Shown: in pieces, positions 16,403 to 24,761 of the stretch
Position numbering within the stretch: the first letter of the stretch is position 1
How the letters are laid out: each line of letters opens with the position of its first letter
DNA from: Myxococcota bacterium
Lineage (GTDB): Bacteria > Myxococcota_A > SURF-8
NCBI GenBank assembly: GCA_963674735.2
Contig: CAXXQS010000002.1
Span: 640,001 to 704,000 of the forward strand
Direction of reading: 5' to 3'
DNA: 64,000 nucleotides
The notes under the pieces: generated by a model
The model's database searches: none
What the model was told of the DNA's origin: nothing
Seen by the model: the letters and a program-made list of their open reading frames with translations, nothing else
Program-made: the position numbers and the translations under genes

Positions 16403-17185
16403 TCAAGGTTTGGGCAAGGTCAGCGACCAGCTCGCCAGTCCGTCCGGCAGAGCAAGCGCGCCATTGTGCATCCGGACGGATTGGCGTGTCAGCGCCTGCG
16501 CAGCGTTCAAAACATCCTGAACGGCAAAAGGCTGCTCGGAGGTCACGAAAAAGAAGCGTTCGAAATCGGGAGCGTCGTCCAATTCATAGGCGAAATCGAG
16601 TAGTTGCGCACCTTGCGCATTGAGCTCGACCGCCTGTTTACCTCGCGCCGGATAGTGGCGTGTCACCGTCCCGTTTCCATCCAGCGACACGATCACGCCG
16701 AAGCGTCCGGCCCCGGCGACATACGAAAGTTGCAACACATCCCCGGCGCGCACGAGAGTCGCCTCGTTCAATTGTTCGTTTCCGGCGGCCAGCTTGCGAA
16801 AGATCACCAAATGCGCTTCGAGCCCCTTGGTATAAATGATTTCACCCGAATCCCCGCCGTTGGGTCCACCCAGATAGGGATAGCTGATAAACAACGCCGC
16901 CACGACGACGACCACGGAGGCCAGCGAGGCGGCCCAAGTAAAGGAAAATCTCTGAGATTGACGGCCTTTTTCGTGCCGTCCGGCCCGCCGCGCAATCTTG
17001 TCGGCCATTTTGGCGGGCGGATGCGTAAAGAGAATGTCGCGGTTGGAGGCTTCGAGCGCCTGCAAGCGCGCCTGCAACTCGGGATCCTGTTCGAGGGCGA
17101 CCCGGATCACCTCGGCGCGCTCGGGCGGACAATCGCCCTGAAGGTATTGTTCCAGCCACCAGTCGCTGATCGGTTTCGCATTCAT
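16403..17185 (-). CDS. Putative membrane anti-sigma factor (ActD-like / DUF4384-type periplasmic domain)
   Basis: Overlaps the sigma stop codon (ATGA). N-terminal LEQYLQGD anti-sigma-like helix, one transmembrane segment, then IYTKG...GDVLQLSY...AYELDDAPDFERFFFV. Confidence 0.75.
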   Translation of the reverse strand: MNAKPISDWWLEQYLQGDCPPERAEVIRVALEQDPELQARLQALEASNRDILFTHPPAKMADKIARRAGRHEKGRQSQRFSFTWAASLASVVVVVAALFISYPYLGGPNGGDSGEIIYTKGLEAHLVIFRKLAAGNEQLNEATLVRAGDVLQLSYVAGAGRFGVIVSLDGNGTVTRHYPARGKQAVELNAQGAQLLDFAYELDDAPDFERFFFVTSEQPFAVQDVLNAAQALTRQSVRMHNGALALPDGLASWSLTLPKP

Positions 17186-17667
17186 GCTATCACCCCCTCC
17201 AGCTCTTTGAGCGAGCGGGTCAATTTGCGCAACCGTTTGCGCACACCCGAGACCGACAGGCCCACCTGTTCGGCGGTCTCCTCCAAGGTGAAACCGTCGA
17301 GCAGATGCAGCACCGCCATGGTTTGCGACGACGCAGGTTCGTCCTTGAACAGCCGTTTGAGCACCGAGCGGGCACTGTTGCGGCTTTCGTCGTCTCCGGC
17401 CTGGGCGATACGCGCCAACAGGTCGTCGTCGCCATCTTCCGGGCGGCGCTTGCGCGAACGGATGCGGTTGAGGCTCTCATTGGTGGCGATAGTCAGCAAT
17501 AAACTCGTGGGGTTGCGGTCGTCGAGTTGTTCTTGCCGTTGAATCAATTTCACGAACACATCCTGCATCACGTCCAGTGCCTCCTCTTCATTCTTGAGCA
17601 GGTAGCGGCAGCGCCTGAGAACCATGGGGCCGTATTTTCTGTAAAAAGCTTCTACGTCGATCGCCAA
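17182..17667 (-). CDS. ECF RNA polymerase sigma factor
   Basis: Region 2 (YGPMVLRRC...ALDVMQDVF) and region 4 (DGFTLEETAEQVGLSVSGVRKRL). TTG start at 17667 after GGAGG; the ORF-track extension to 17814 is probably not translated. Confidence 0.9.
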   Translation of the reverse strand: MAIDVEAFYRKYGPMVLRRCRYLLKNEEEALDVMQDVFVKLIQRQEQLDDRNPTSLLLTIATNESLNRIRSRKRRPEDGDDDLLARIAQAGDDESRNSARSVLKRLFKDEPASSQTMAVLHLLDGFTLEETAEQVGLSVSGVRKRLRKLTRSLKELEGVIA

Positions 17668-17691
17668 GGCCCTGCCTCCGCTTCCAGAAAG

Positions 17692-17721
17692 TGAACACCG
17701 GATATGCGCGTATCTGTCACC
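17692..17721 (-). promoter_or_regulatory. Putative autoregulatory ECF promoter, copy D
   Basis: GGTGACAG-atacgcgcatatc(13)-CGGTGTTCA, 25 nt before the sigma start. Confidence 0.78.
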
Positions 17722-18049
17722 CGCCCGAGAGACCCGACCCGATACAAACTCGACCCTCTCCGTGACGGTGTGGGGTAGTTTACCGAAAAAACGATGGAAA
17801 GTGTACTTTTCCACTTAATTTTGCGACCGCTAACAAATAGTTAACCATTTAGACGCAAGGAGCGTCCACGGAGCCGAATCGCCGAATGGCTTACCATTCC
17901 GATATTTGAGACGATTGACGCGCTGAAATTCCACAAAAAAACGGCCCACCGAAAAATGTGGACCGTTGGGAGAGTAAAGACGAGACGACTGGAAAGCGGT
18001 TTGTTGATGCCATATTCCCGCTTGTTTCCCCAGCTTGGATCGTGGCCGC

Positions 18050-18862
18050 TTATTTCAGCGGTGGGGCCGAGCCCGAGCGATTGAGCCGCTCGCCGGGCGA
18101 TGTGGGACGAATCCGCCGCGCACCCGGTTCGCCCACCTGTACGGGCAGGAAAAGACGTGGATAATCGGGATGATCGGTTAAAAGCGTGAGGCGTCCGGAA
18201 AAACCATCGCGGCCCGTGGCGGGCAGTTGCAGCGTTAGAGTCAGCGTCACGCGCCCACCGGGGGGCAGGTTCAGAGAATCCGCCACAGCGTGGATAGCCG
18301 GGCGCGAACTCTCCAGACCGATCAGACGCAGAGGCCGCAAACCGTGGTTGACCAGCTCCACCCGGCGCGTCAGGGTGCGACCTTTCACCCCCGGCGACAG
18401 ATACACGACCGCCGGGCGCAGTTCCAGTTCCACCGCCACCCGCACCTTCAAAGTCAGGTGCCGCTCGCGCTGGAGCGGATCGTTGCTGGTGAGCATGACC
18501 GGGTAGGCCAGATCCCCGCGTTTGCCGCTGGAATCGAAGGCCACCCGCAAACGGCTTTTCTGTCCGGGAGCCAGGCGCGTTTTCGGGGTGGCGACCAGGG
18601 TGCAGGAACAGGCGGGCTTGATACGCAAAAGCCGCAGTTCGGCATCACCGCTGTTTTCAATGATGAATTCCGTTTCGACGCGCTCCCCCTGCTTGATCGT
18701 GCCGAAGTCGTGTTCGCTGCGATCGAGGGTCAGGCGCGGACCGACGACGGCCGTTGTCGACTTCGTCGCGGGCGTCTGCGCGACGAGCGGACCCGACACC
18801 AGCAGAATCATCAGAACCGGCCACAGCGCGCCCGGCAAACGGTCCGCAAACCGGGTCGCCAT
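18050..18862 (-). CDS. Exported DUF1573-type tandem Ig-like protein
   Basis: Signal peptide, the HDFGTI...IENSG...PACSCT...LAPGQ motif, and a second similar Ig unit. Confidence 0.8.
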   Translation of the reverse strand: MATRFADRLPGALWPVLMILLVSGPLVAQTPATKSTTAVVGPRLTLDRSEHDFGTIKQGERVETEFIIENSGDAELRLLRIKPACSCTLVATPKTRLAPGQKSRLRVAFDSSGKRGDLAYPVMLTSNDPLQRERHLTLKVRVAVELELRPAVVYLSPGVKGRTLTRRVELVNHGLRPLRLIGLESSRPAIHAVADSLNLPPGGRVTLTLTLQLPATGRDGFSGRLTLLTDHPDYPRLFLPVQVGEPGARRIRPTSPGERLNRSGSAPPLK

Positions 18863-18866
18863 TACC

Positions 18867-20816
18867 CTACTCCAATCCTGCGATGGCGGCCAAGGCGGAG
18901 ATGTCCCACAAGCGCAAGGTATTGTCGTCGCTGCCGGAAGCCAGAAGCTGCCCATCGGGTGAGAAGGCCACGGTGTTCACGCCGTCGCTGTGCCCCGATA
19001 AAAACGCGATCGGTGTGCCATCGACCGCCTTCCACAGGCCGATCAGGCCGTTCGATCCGGCGGTCGCCACAAAACGGCTATCGACCGACACCGCCACATC
19101 GTGCACATTTCCGGGATGTTTTTCCGGCGAGTAAAGCAAGGTGGATTCGGGCAGCTGCCAGCCATACAGCTTGTGATCGCGCGCGGCGGCCACCAGGCGC
19201 GAGGCGTCGGGCGCATAGGCCACCCCGTATACGAAATCCCCGATATCGTTTTTAAGACCGAGGTGAGAATCGTCGTCGAGATCGTAAAAATGAATGCCGC
19301 TCTTTTCACAGATACCGATGATGTTGGTATCCGTACACCCGCCCGCAGCAAAGGCATCCCCGGCCGGATTCAACGCCAGGGCGCGTACGTAACGCTGATC
19401 CAGACGCGTGTAGGTGTGCAACGGATCGGTCCCGCTGGCGGCATTCCAGCGTTTGACACTGAAATCGTCACCGCCGGTCAAAAGCTGGCTGCCGTCAACG
19501 GTGTAGAGGATGGCGCGCACCGCGGTGGTGTGAGCCGAAAAGCTGCGGACATTCTGCTGCGTCAGGACATCCCAAATCGAAACCTCGCCGCCGTTGTGGG
19601 CAACGGCAATGTGTGTCGCGGTGGTGGAAAAAGCCAGGTCGTGCACGTCGCCTTTAAAGGGGGTGATGACCCGCGCATCTCCGTTGTTCAACGACAACAA
19701 ACGCAGGCTGTCGTCGGCGGAACCGCTCGCCAAAAGCGGCAGCGTGGGCGAAAACGCCACGGTCAGGACGGCATCGGAATGCTCGGGATAAGTGGCCACT
19801 GCCCCGCCAAAATGGCAGCCACCATCGAGGCAATAACCCCATTGGTCGGGTTTCCCCAGATCGCAGGCGCTGCCGTTCTCGCCTGCACAGGAAATTTCGC
19901 AGATCCCGGAGCGGCAAACCCCGGCAAAGGAATTACATGCAGTATCGTCGGCTTGCGGCGTCCAGGCGTCCCAAGCGTCGTCGGGGCTGCAGGTCGAGCA
20001 TTCGTTAAAAGGTTGATTATCCGTCGTCGCATAGCAGACCGCGTCGATCAGGCAAAAGCCGTCCTGGATCTCGTGTTGGCAGCTATGGTCCTCGGCACAG
20101 ACATCGTCGGTACAATCGAAATTATCCTGATCCGACAAGCAACTACGGCCCGCTTCGCGCCATTCGCCACCGGCACAACAGGGACCGCCCGTGCATTCGG
20201 GAACCCATTCTTCCTCGGCTTCCACATTTTCGGTCCCCTCGCCGTCGAGGTCGCCGTCGGCCGAGCCGTCCAGGTCGCCATCCGCCTCTTCTTCACACAC
20301 GCCCTGCCGCAACTCGTAACCGTCCCGGCAGGTTTCCACCGCGCAGACGCCGTCGTCGCAAATACCGGAGAGGGCCTGGGGATCGTCGGGCGCACAGGAA
20401 CCGGTGAGGAAAAAGCAGCCGTTGCAGCAGGGGCCCGCCTGCGGTCCGCACTCGCAGGCCGTGTCATCCGCGTCGCCGTCGGCCTCACTCTCGCCATCGC
20501 CGTCCGTCGCAAGATCGCCGTCGGGTTGACCGTCACCATCCGCACCGAAGGGCACGCAGCGACCCTCCTCGCAAACCTCGCCGTTTTCGCCGCAGTCTTC
20601 CACCACCTGCCAAGAGCCGTCGGCACAGATCACCGCCACCTCGGCCTCGCAACCGATCTCGTCATCGCGGCAGAGCGACCCTGCCTCGTAATCGCCATCG
20701 ACATCGGGGGTGACATCGCCGTCGTCGGACCCGGTCGGGTCGTCTCCGCCGCAGGCGGTCAACAGCAACACCCACAAACTCAACCCCACCCAAACACAGG
20801 GAAACGCCCGTCGCAT
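18867..20816 (-). CDS. Lipoprotein with DGD/Cys-rich stalk and C-terminal WD40 beta-propeller
   Basis: Lipobox LTA-C and DGD segments. WD40 repeats include GHSDGVNTVAFSPDGQLLASGSDDNTLRLWD. Confidence 0.85.
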   Translation of the reverse strand: MRRAFPCVWVGLSLWVLLLTACGGDDPTGSDDGDVTPDVDGDYEAGSLCRDDEIGCEAEVAVICADGSWQVVEDCGENGEVCEEGRCVPFGADGDGQPDGDLATDGDGESEADGDADDTACECGPQAGPCCNGCFFLTGSCAPDDPQALSGICDDGVCAVETCRDGYELRQGVCEEEADGDLDGSADGDLDGEGTENVEAEEEWVPECTGGPCCAGGEWREAGRSCLSDQDNFDCTDDVCAEDHSCQHEIQDGFCLIDAVCYATTDNQPFNECSTCSPDDAWDAWTPQADDTACNSFAGVCRSGICEISCAGENGSACDLGKPDQWGYCLDGGCHFGGAVATYPEHSDAVLTVAFSPTLPLLASGSADDSLRLLSLNNGDARVITPFKGDVHDLAFSTTATHIAVAHNGGEVSIWDVLTQQNVRSFSAHTTAVRAILYTVDGSQLLTGGDDFSVKRWNAASGTDPLHTYTRLDQRYVRALALNPAGDAFAAGGCTDTNIIGICEKSGIHFYDLDDDSHLGLKNDIGDFVYGVAYAPDASRLVAAARDHKLYGWQLPESTLLYSPEKHPGNVHDVAVSVDSRFVATAGSNGLIGLWKAVDGTPIAFLSGHSDGVNTVAFSPDGQLLASGSDDNTLRLWDISALAAIAGLE

Positions 20817-21084
20817 GTCTTCCTCACTTCCCGGCCGCCCGCCGAAGTCCACGTTACGTAAAAAGACCCGACTCGCGTGCCACCGTTACCGATTGACTCT
20901 ATCTTACCCAAGCTGCCGGAAAAACACCACCCTTTCCGTTTGAAAGCCTCCGCCGCTCGATACCCCCACTTTCGCCATCAGCATAAAAATTGTTGATTTT
21001 TCGAGGCCGGTTGGATAAGTTGGGGAGCCTTATGCGGGTTGCCGCCATATATAGTGTACCTCTGATTCGGCAAGGAGCTGATCC

Positions 21085-22656
21085 ATGAATATGCAGTGGA
21101 TGCGAGAGCGGTCCGGTTCTTTTTTCATTATGCTGATTTTCGGCATTATTATCGTGGTGTTCGCCCTGCAGTTCGGACCCGGTTCGCGCGGCTTCACCTC
21201 GGTGAGTTCCTATGCGGCCAAAGTGAACGGCGAAACGGTCACCGTGGGCGAATGGAGCTTTTATTACAATCAGTTGTTCAACAGCTACCAGCAGTTCGAC
21301 CCCAACTTCAACAACGAGAAGGCGGAGCAGTACGGACTGAAGGACAAAGCCCTCGATCAGGTGGTGACGCGCGTGCTGCTGTCGCAGGCCGGACATCGGC
21401 TGGGCCTCGCCGTGGGACCGTTGGAAGTGGCGCGCAATATCGTCGACAACCCCGCCTTCCAGGAAGACGGCCAGTTCGACAAAGACCTCTACCGCCGCAT
21501 GGTGAACTACTACTATAAGATGAGCGTGGCGCGTTACGAGGAAAAACACGAAGAAGACATGATCGGCAACCGCATCAGCACCTTGCTGAGCGAAGGCCCG
21601 GTTCTGTCCGCCAACGCCGCTTACGACGAATGGTCGGTGGAAAACGACAAAATCAACCTCGAATTCGTCAAGTTTCCCGTGAAATCCGCCATCGCCAAGA
21701 TGCAGCCGACCGATGAAGCCATCGCCGCTTACGCCGAGAAGGAAGCGGAAAAGGTGGAAACCTACTTCACCAACCATCAATCCGATTATGAAAAGCCGGA
21801 ACAGATCCGGGCGCGTCACATCCTGATCAAAGTGCCCGAGGATGCCAGCAAGCGTAAAAAGCGCGAAGCGAAAAGCGCCATTAAATCGATCGCCGAAGAA
21901 GCCAAAAACAATCCCGACGGCTTCGCCGAACTGGCGCAGAAAACCTCCGAAGGCCCCACCAAAACCAAAGGCGGGGATCTGGGTTTCTTCTCGCGCGGTC
22001 GCATGGTCAAAGAATTTGAGGATGTGGCCTTCGCTCTCGAACCCGGACAGGTCTCCGACCCGGTTAAGTCGCAATTCGGTTGGCACGTCATCAAACTCGA
22101 AGAGCGTCAGGCGGCCGAATCGAAAAGCCTCGACGACATGAAGCTCGAAATCGCGCGCACCTTGCTGAGCGAACAGATGGCCAAAGATTCGGTCAAAGCC
22201 GAGGCCGAAGCGCTGCTCGCCGGTTTGAAGGAAGGCAAAAGCTTCGAAGAGCTGCTGCCTGCGGAAGAAGACGGGGAGAAAACGGAAGGCAAACCGGCCC
22301 CGGTCGTGCCGACGCTGAAGACCACCGGTCCTTTCGCCCGCACCACCGGCAATTACGTGCCGATGATCGGCGCCAGCTTCGAGCTATACGACGCCGCCTG
22401 GAAGCTGACTCCGGAAAATCCGCTGGCCCCGCAGGTCTTCGACGTGGGCGGCGACAGTGTCGTGCTGAAGCTTAAAGAACAGCTCAAACCCAAGCGTGAG
22501 GACTTCGACACCGTGGCTTCGGACGAGCTCGGACGCCGTAGCGAAAAACTGTCGCGCCAGATGTTCGACGCCTGGTTGGCCTCCGCCAAAGCGAACGCCG
22601 ACATCGAGAAGGTCGTGGGCATCAGCACCGTGCAGGAAAACGACGTCAACTTCTAA
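21085..22656 (+). CDS. PpiD-like parvulin peptidyl-prolyl isomerase with SurA-like N-domain
   Basis: N-terminal membrane anchor, AAKVNGE, and parvulin motifs RARHILI, GGDLGFF and SQFGWHVIK. Confidence 0.88.
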   Translation: MNMQWMRERSGSFFIMLIFGIIIVVFALQFGPGSRGFTSVSSYAAKVNGETVTVGEWSFYYNQLFNSYQQFDPNFNNEKAEQYGLKDKALDQVVTRVLLSQAGHRLGLAVGPLEVARNIVDNPAFQEDGQFDKDLYRRMVNYYYKMSVARYEEKHEEDMIGNRISTLLSEGPVLSANAAYDEWSVENDKINLEFVKFPVKSAIAKMQPTDEAIAAYAEKEAEKVETYFTNHQSDYEKPEQIRARHILIKVPEDASKRKKREAKSAIKSIAEEAKNNPDGFAELAQKTSEGPTKTKGGDLGFFSRGRMVKEFEDVAFALEPGQVSDPVKSQFGWHVIKLEERQAAESKSLDDMKLEIARTLLSEQMAKDSVKAEAEALLAGLKEGKSFEELLPAEEDGEKTEGKPAPVVPTLKTTGPFARTTGNYVPMIGASFELYDAAWKLTPENPLAPQVFDVGGDSVVLKLKEQLKPKREDFDTVASDELGRRSEKLSRQMFDAWLASAKANADIEKVVGISTVQENDVNF

Positions 22657-22678
22657 CCGCGATTACGATAAAGTTTTG

Positions 22679-22708
22679 ACGGGCGGTCCGGATGGGCCGC
22701 CCGTTTTC
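22679..22708 (+). terminator. Terminator hairpin between the convergent ppiD-like and mrdA genes
   Basis: ACGGGCGGTCC-ggat-GGGCCGCCCGT-TTTC. Confidence 0.7.
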
Positions 22709-22772
22709 GTTGGACCGCCGTCAGTAGCGACCGCGAAGAATGCGGACGGCGAGACCCGCAGCGGGACAAACG

Positions 22773-24698
22773 CTACCGGCCCTCGGGAGTGGCGGTCGCC
22801 TGCGGGGGGCGCGTGATGGGCGAGTAATATTCGTTCGGGCGATGCTTCGCCGCATGCCCCGTACTTTTTTCATACCAGGCCGCGATCACGTCACGCACCA
22901 ACGGCGCCATCCACGATCCATGTTCACCATGCTCGGCCACAGCAACCACGACCACCTGGGGTTTCTCGACCGGGGCGTAGCCCACAAACCAGGCATGATC
23001 CTTGAGCTGGTAGTCGTCGAAGCTGCGCTGCCCTTTGGCCAGACGCGCCACCTGCGACGTTCCCGTCTTACCCGCAAAACGCGGCTCGATCAGCCGAGAC
23101 AGATAAGCCGTGCCCCCTTGTTCATTGACCACCGCTTCCAAGCCCTCGCGCACCGCTTGCAAGATTTCGGGATCGGCGTCCAGCACACGTTTCACTTCGG
23201 GTTTATAATGGCGCACCAACCCGCCATCGATCCGCCGCACGTCCGTGACCAACTGCGGCCGCACCACCTTGCCGCCGTTGGCGACGGCAGCGTAAAGCAC
23301 CGCCAGTTGCAACGGGCTGACTTTGAGATCGCCCTGACCGATCACATGCGACATGGTATCGCCGGGAAACCAGCGCCGGTCGTAGGTTTTTTCGTGCCAG
23401 GCGGCATCGGGCAGACGCCCGGCCGTCTCGGACCCGATCCCCGACCCGGGCATTTCGCCCAAGCCGAACTCGGCGGCCACCTCGACGATCGGCTCGAAAC
23501 CGAGTTGCTCACCGACCCAGTAAAAATAAACGTCGCAGGACTCTTTGATCGCTCGGCGTAAATTCACCGTTCCATGCCCGCTACGTCGCCAGCAATGGAA
23601 GGGATGATCGCCGATTTTGCGCACGCCATAACAGACGGTACTGGAACTCGGGCCGATCTCCTCCGACCTCAATGCCGCGACGGCCGGAACCACCTTGTAG
23701 GTCGAGCCCGGAAAATAGGAAGCCTGACTCACCTTATCCATCAAAGGATCGAGCACCGAATCGCGGTAGCGCGACCAATCGTTTTGGGAGATGCCGTCCG
23801 CGAATTTGTTGGGATCGAAACCGGGCATGGAAAGCCAGGCCTTGATCCAGCCGGTCTCCACCTCCATCACCACCACCGCTCCCGCCTGTGCCCCGAAAGC
23901 GGTCCGCGCCGCGGCCTGCAAATCAAGGTCCAGCGACGAAACCACGTCATGGCCGGGAACCGGCGGCGTATAAATGTCCCCTTTCAACAGCACTTCGGCT
24001 TCGCGTTTGGCCTTCATCCGTCCCTGGGCGTCCACCACCACCCGCTGCAAACCGTGGCGACCGCGCAGGTCTTTTTCGAAAGCCTCTTCGATTCCTTTTT
24101 TGCCGATGGTGTCGAAAGACAGGTAATCGGGCCGCGCCTTGAGTTCGCGAGCGGTAATACGACCGACAAAGCCCACCGGATGCGACACAAGCAGGTCGTG
24201 GGGATAGCCGCGCCGCGGACCGGGCCGCACCGTCACCCCCGAAAAATCCAATTTGTGGCTCTCGATCAGGGCGAGTTGATCGCGGGAAATATCGCCTTTA
24301 ACCCGAATCTCACGAAACCGCCGCAAGCCGCGCGCTGTCTCGGCCGCATGGCGTAAACGTAAGACCTCTTCGCTCGACAGATTCAGATACCCCTCCAGCT
24401 TCAGCAACACGGCATCGGCATCGCCGCAAAAAGCCGGAGTAAAATAGACATTGTAGGCCGGACGGTCCTGGGCCAGCGGGCGCTGCTCGGCATCGAGAAT
24501 CCGCCCGCGCAGAGAGGGAATCACTCGCTCCTGGACGAAATTTTCCTCCGACAGCTCCAAGTACTCGCTCCCCTTGGAAAGCTGCAGGTAGGTCAACCGG
24601 AAGGCGAGGATCAAAAAAGCCGTCAACACCGCCACCGCCAGCCACGGATAACGGTTGCGAAATTCCTTGATTACGGTGAGTTTGGATTCCAGTCGCAT
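22773..24698 (-). CDS. mrdA: Penicillin-binding protein 2
   Basis: RGRILD dimerisation motif, GKKGIE, and active-site motifs PGSTYK, SCD and KTGT. Confidence 0.9.
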   Translation of the reverse strand: MRLESKLTVIKEFRNRYPWLAVAVLTAFLILAFRLTYLQLSKGSEYLELSEENFVQERVIPSLRGRILDAEQRPLAQDRPAYNVYFTPAFCGDADAVLLKLEGYLNLSSEEVLRLRHAAETARGLRRFREIRVKGDISRDQLALIESHKLDFSGVTVRPGPRRGYPHDLLVSHPVGFVGRITARELKARPDYLSFDTIGKKGIEEAFEKDLRGRHGLQRVVVDAQGRMKAKREAEVLLKGDIYTPPVPGHDVVSSLDLDLQAAARTAFGAQAGAVVVMEVETGWIKAWLSMPGFDPNKFADGISQNDWSRYRDSVLDPLMDKVSQASYFPGSTYKVVPAVAALRSEEIGPSSSTVCYGVRKIGDHPFHCWRRSGHGTVNLRRAIKESCDVYFYWVGEQLGFEPIVEVAAEFGLGEMPGSGIGSETAGRLPDAAWHEKTYDRRWFPGDTMSHVIGQGDLKVSPLQLAVLYAAVANGGKVVRPQLVTDVRRIDGGLVRHYKPEVKRVLDADPEILQAVREGLEAVVNEQGGTAYLSRLIEPRFAGKTGTSQVARLAKGQRSFDDYQLKDHAWFVGYAPVEKPQVVVVAVAEHGEHGSWMAPLVRDVIAAWYEKSTGHAAKHRPNEYYSPITRPPQATATPEGR

Positions 24699-24709
24699 GG
24701 CACCGCCAT

Positions 24710-24736
24710 AAAAAACGGGCTCCGATCGGGAGCCCG
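24710..24736 (-). terminator. Terminator-like hairpin immediately upstream of mrdA
   Basis: The minus strand reads CGGGCTCC-cgatc-GGAGCCCG-TTTTTT, ending about 12 nt before the mrdA ATG. Confidence 0.65.
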
Positions 24737-24761
24737 GTCCATGTTCCGAATGAGCGGGTCG

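Noticed and set aside
17668-17814. 49-aa N-terminal extension of the ECF sigma given by the ORF track
   Set aside because: It is not sigma-like and overlaps the promoter motif. GGAGG followed by TTG at 17667 is a better start.
5578-18980. Isolated CGGTGTT half-sites (about 5580, 7957 and 18971)
   Set aside because: None has GTRACA at the 13-nt spacing, and two lie inside coding sequence.
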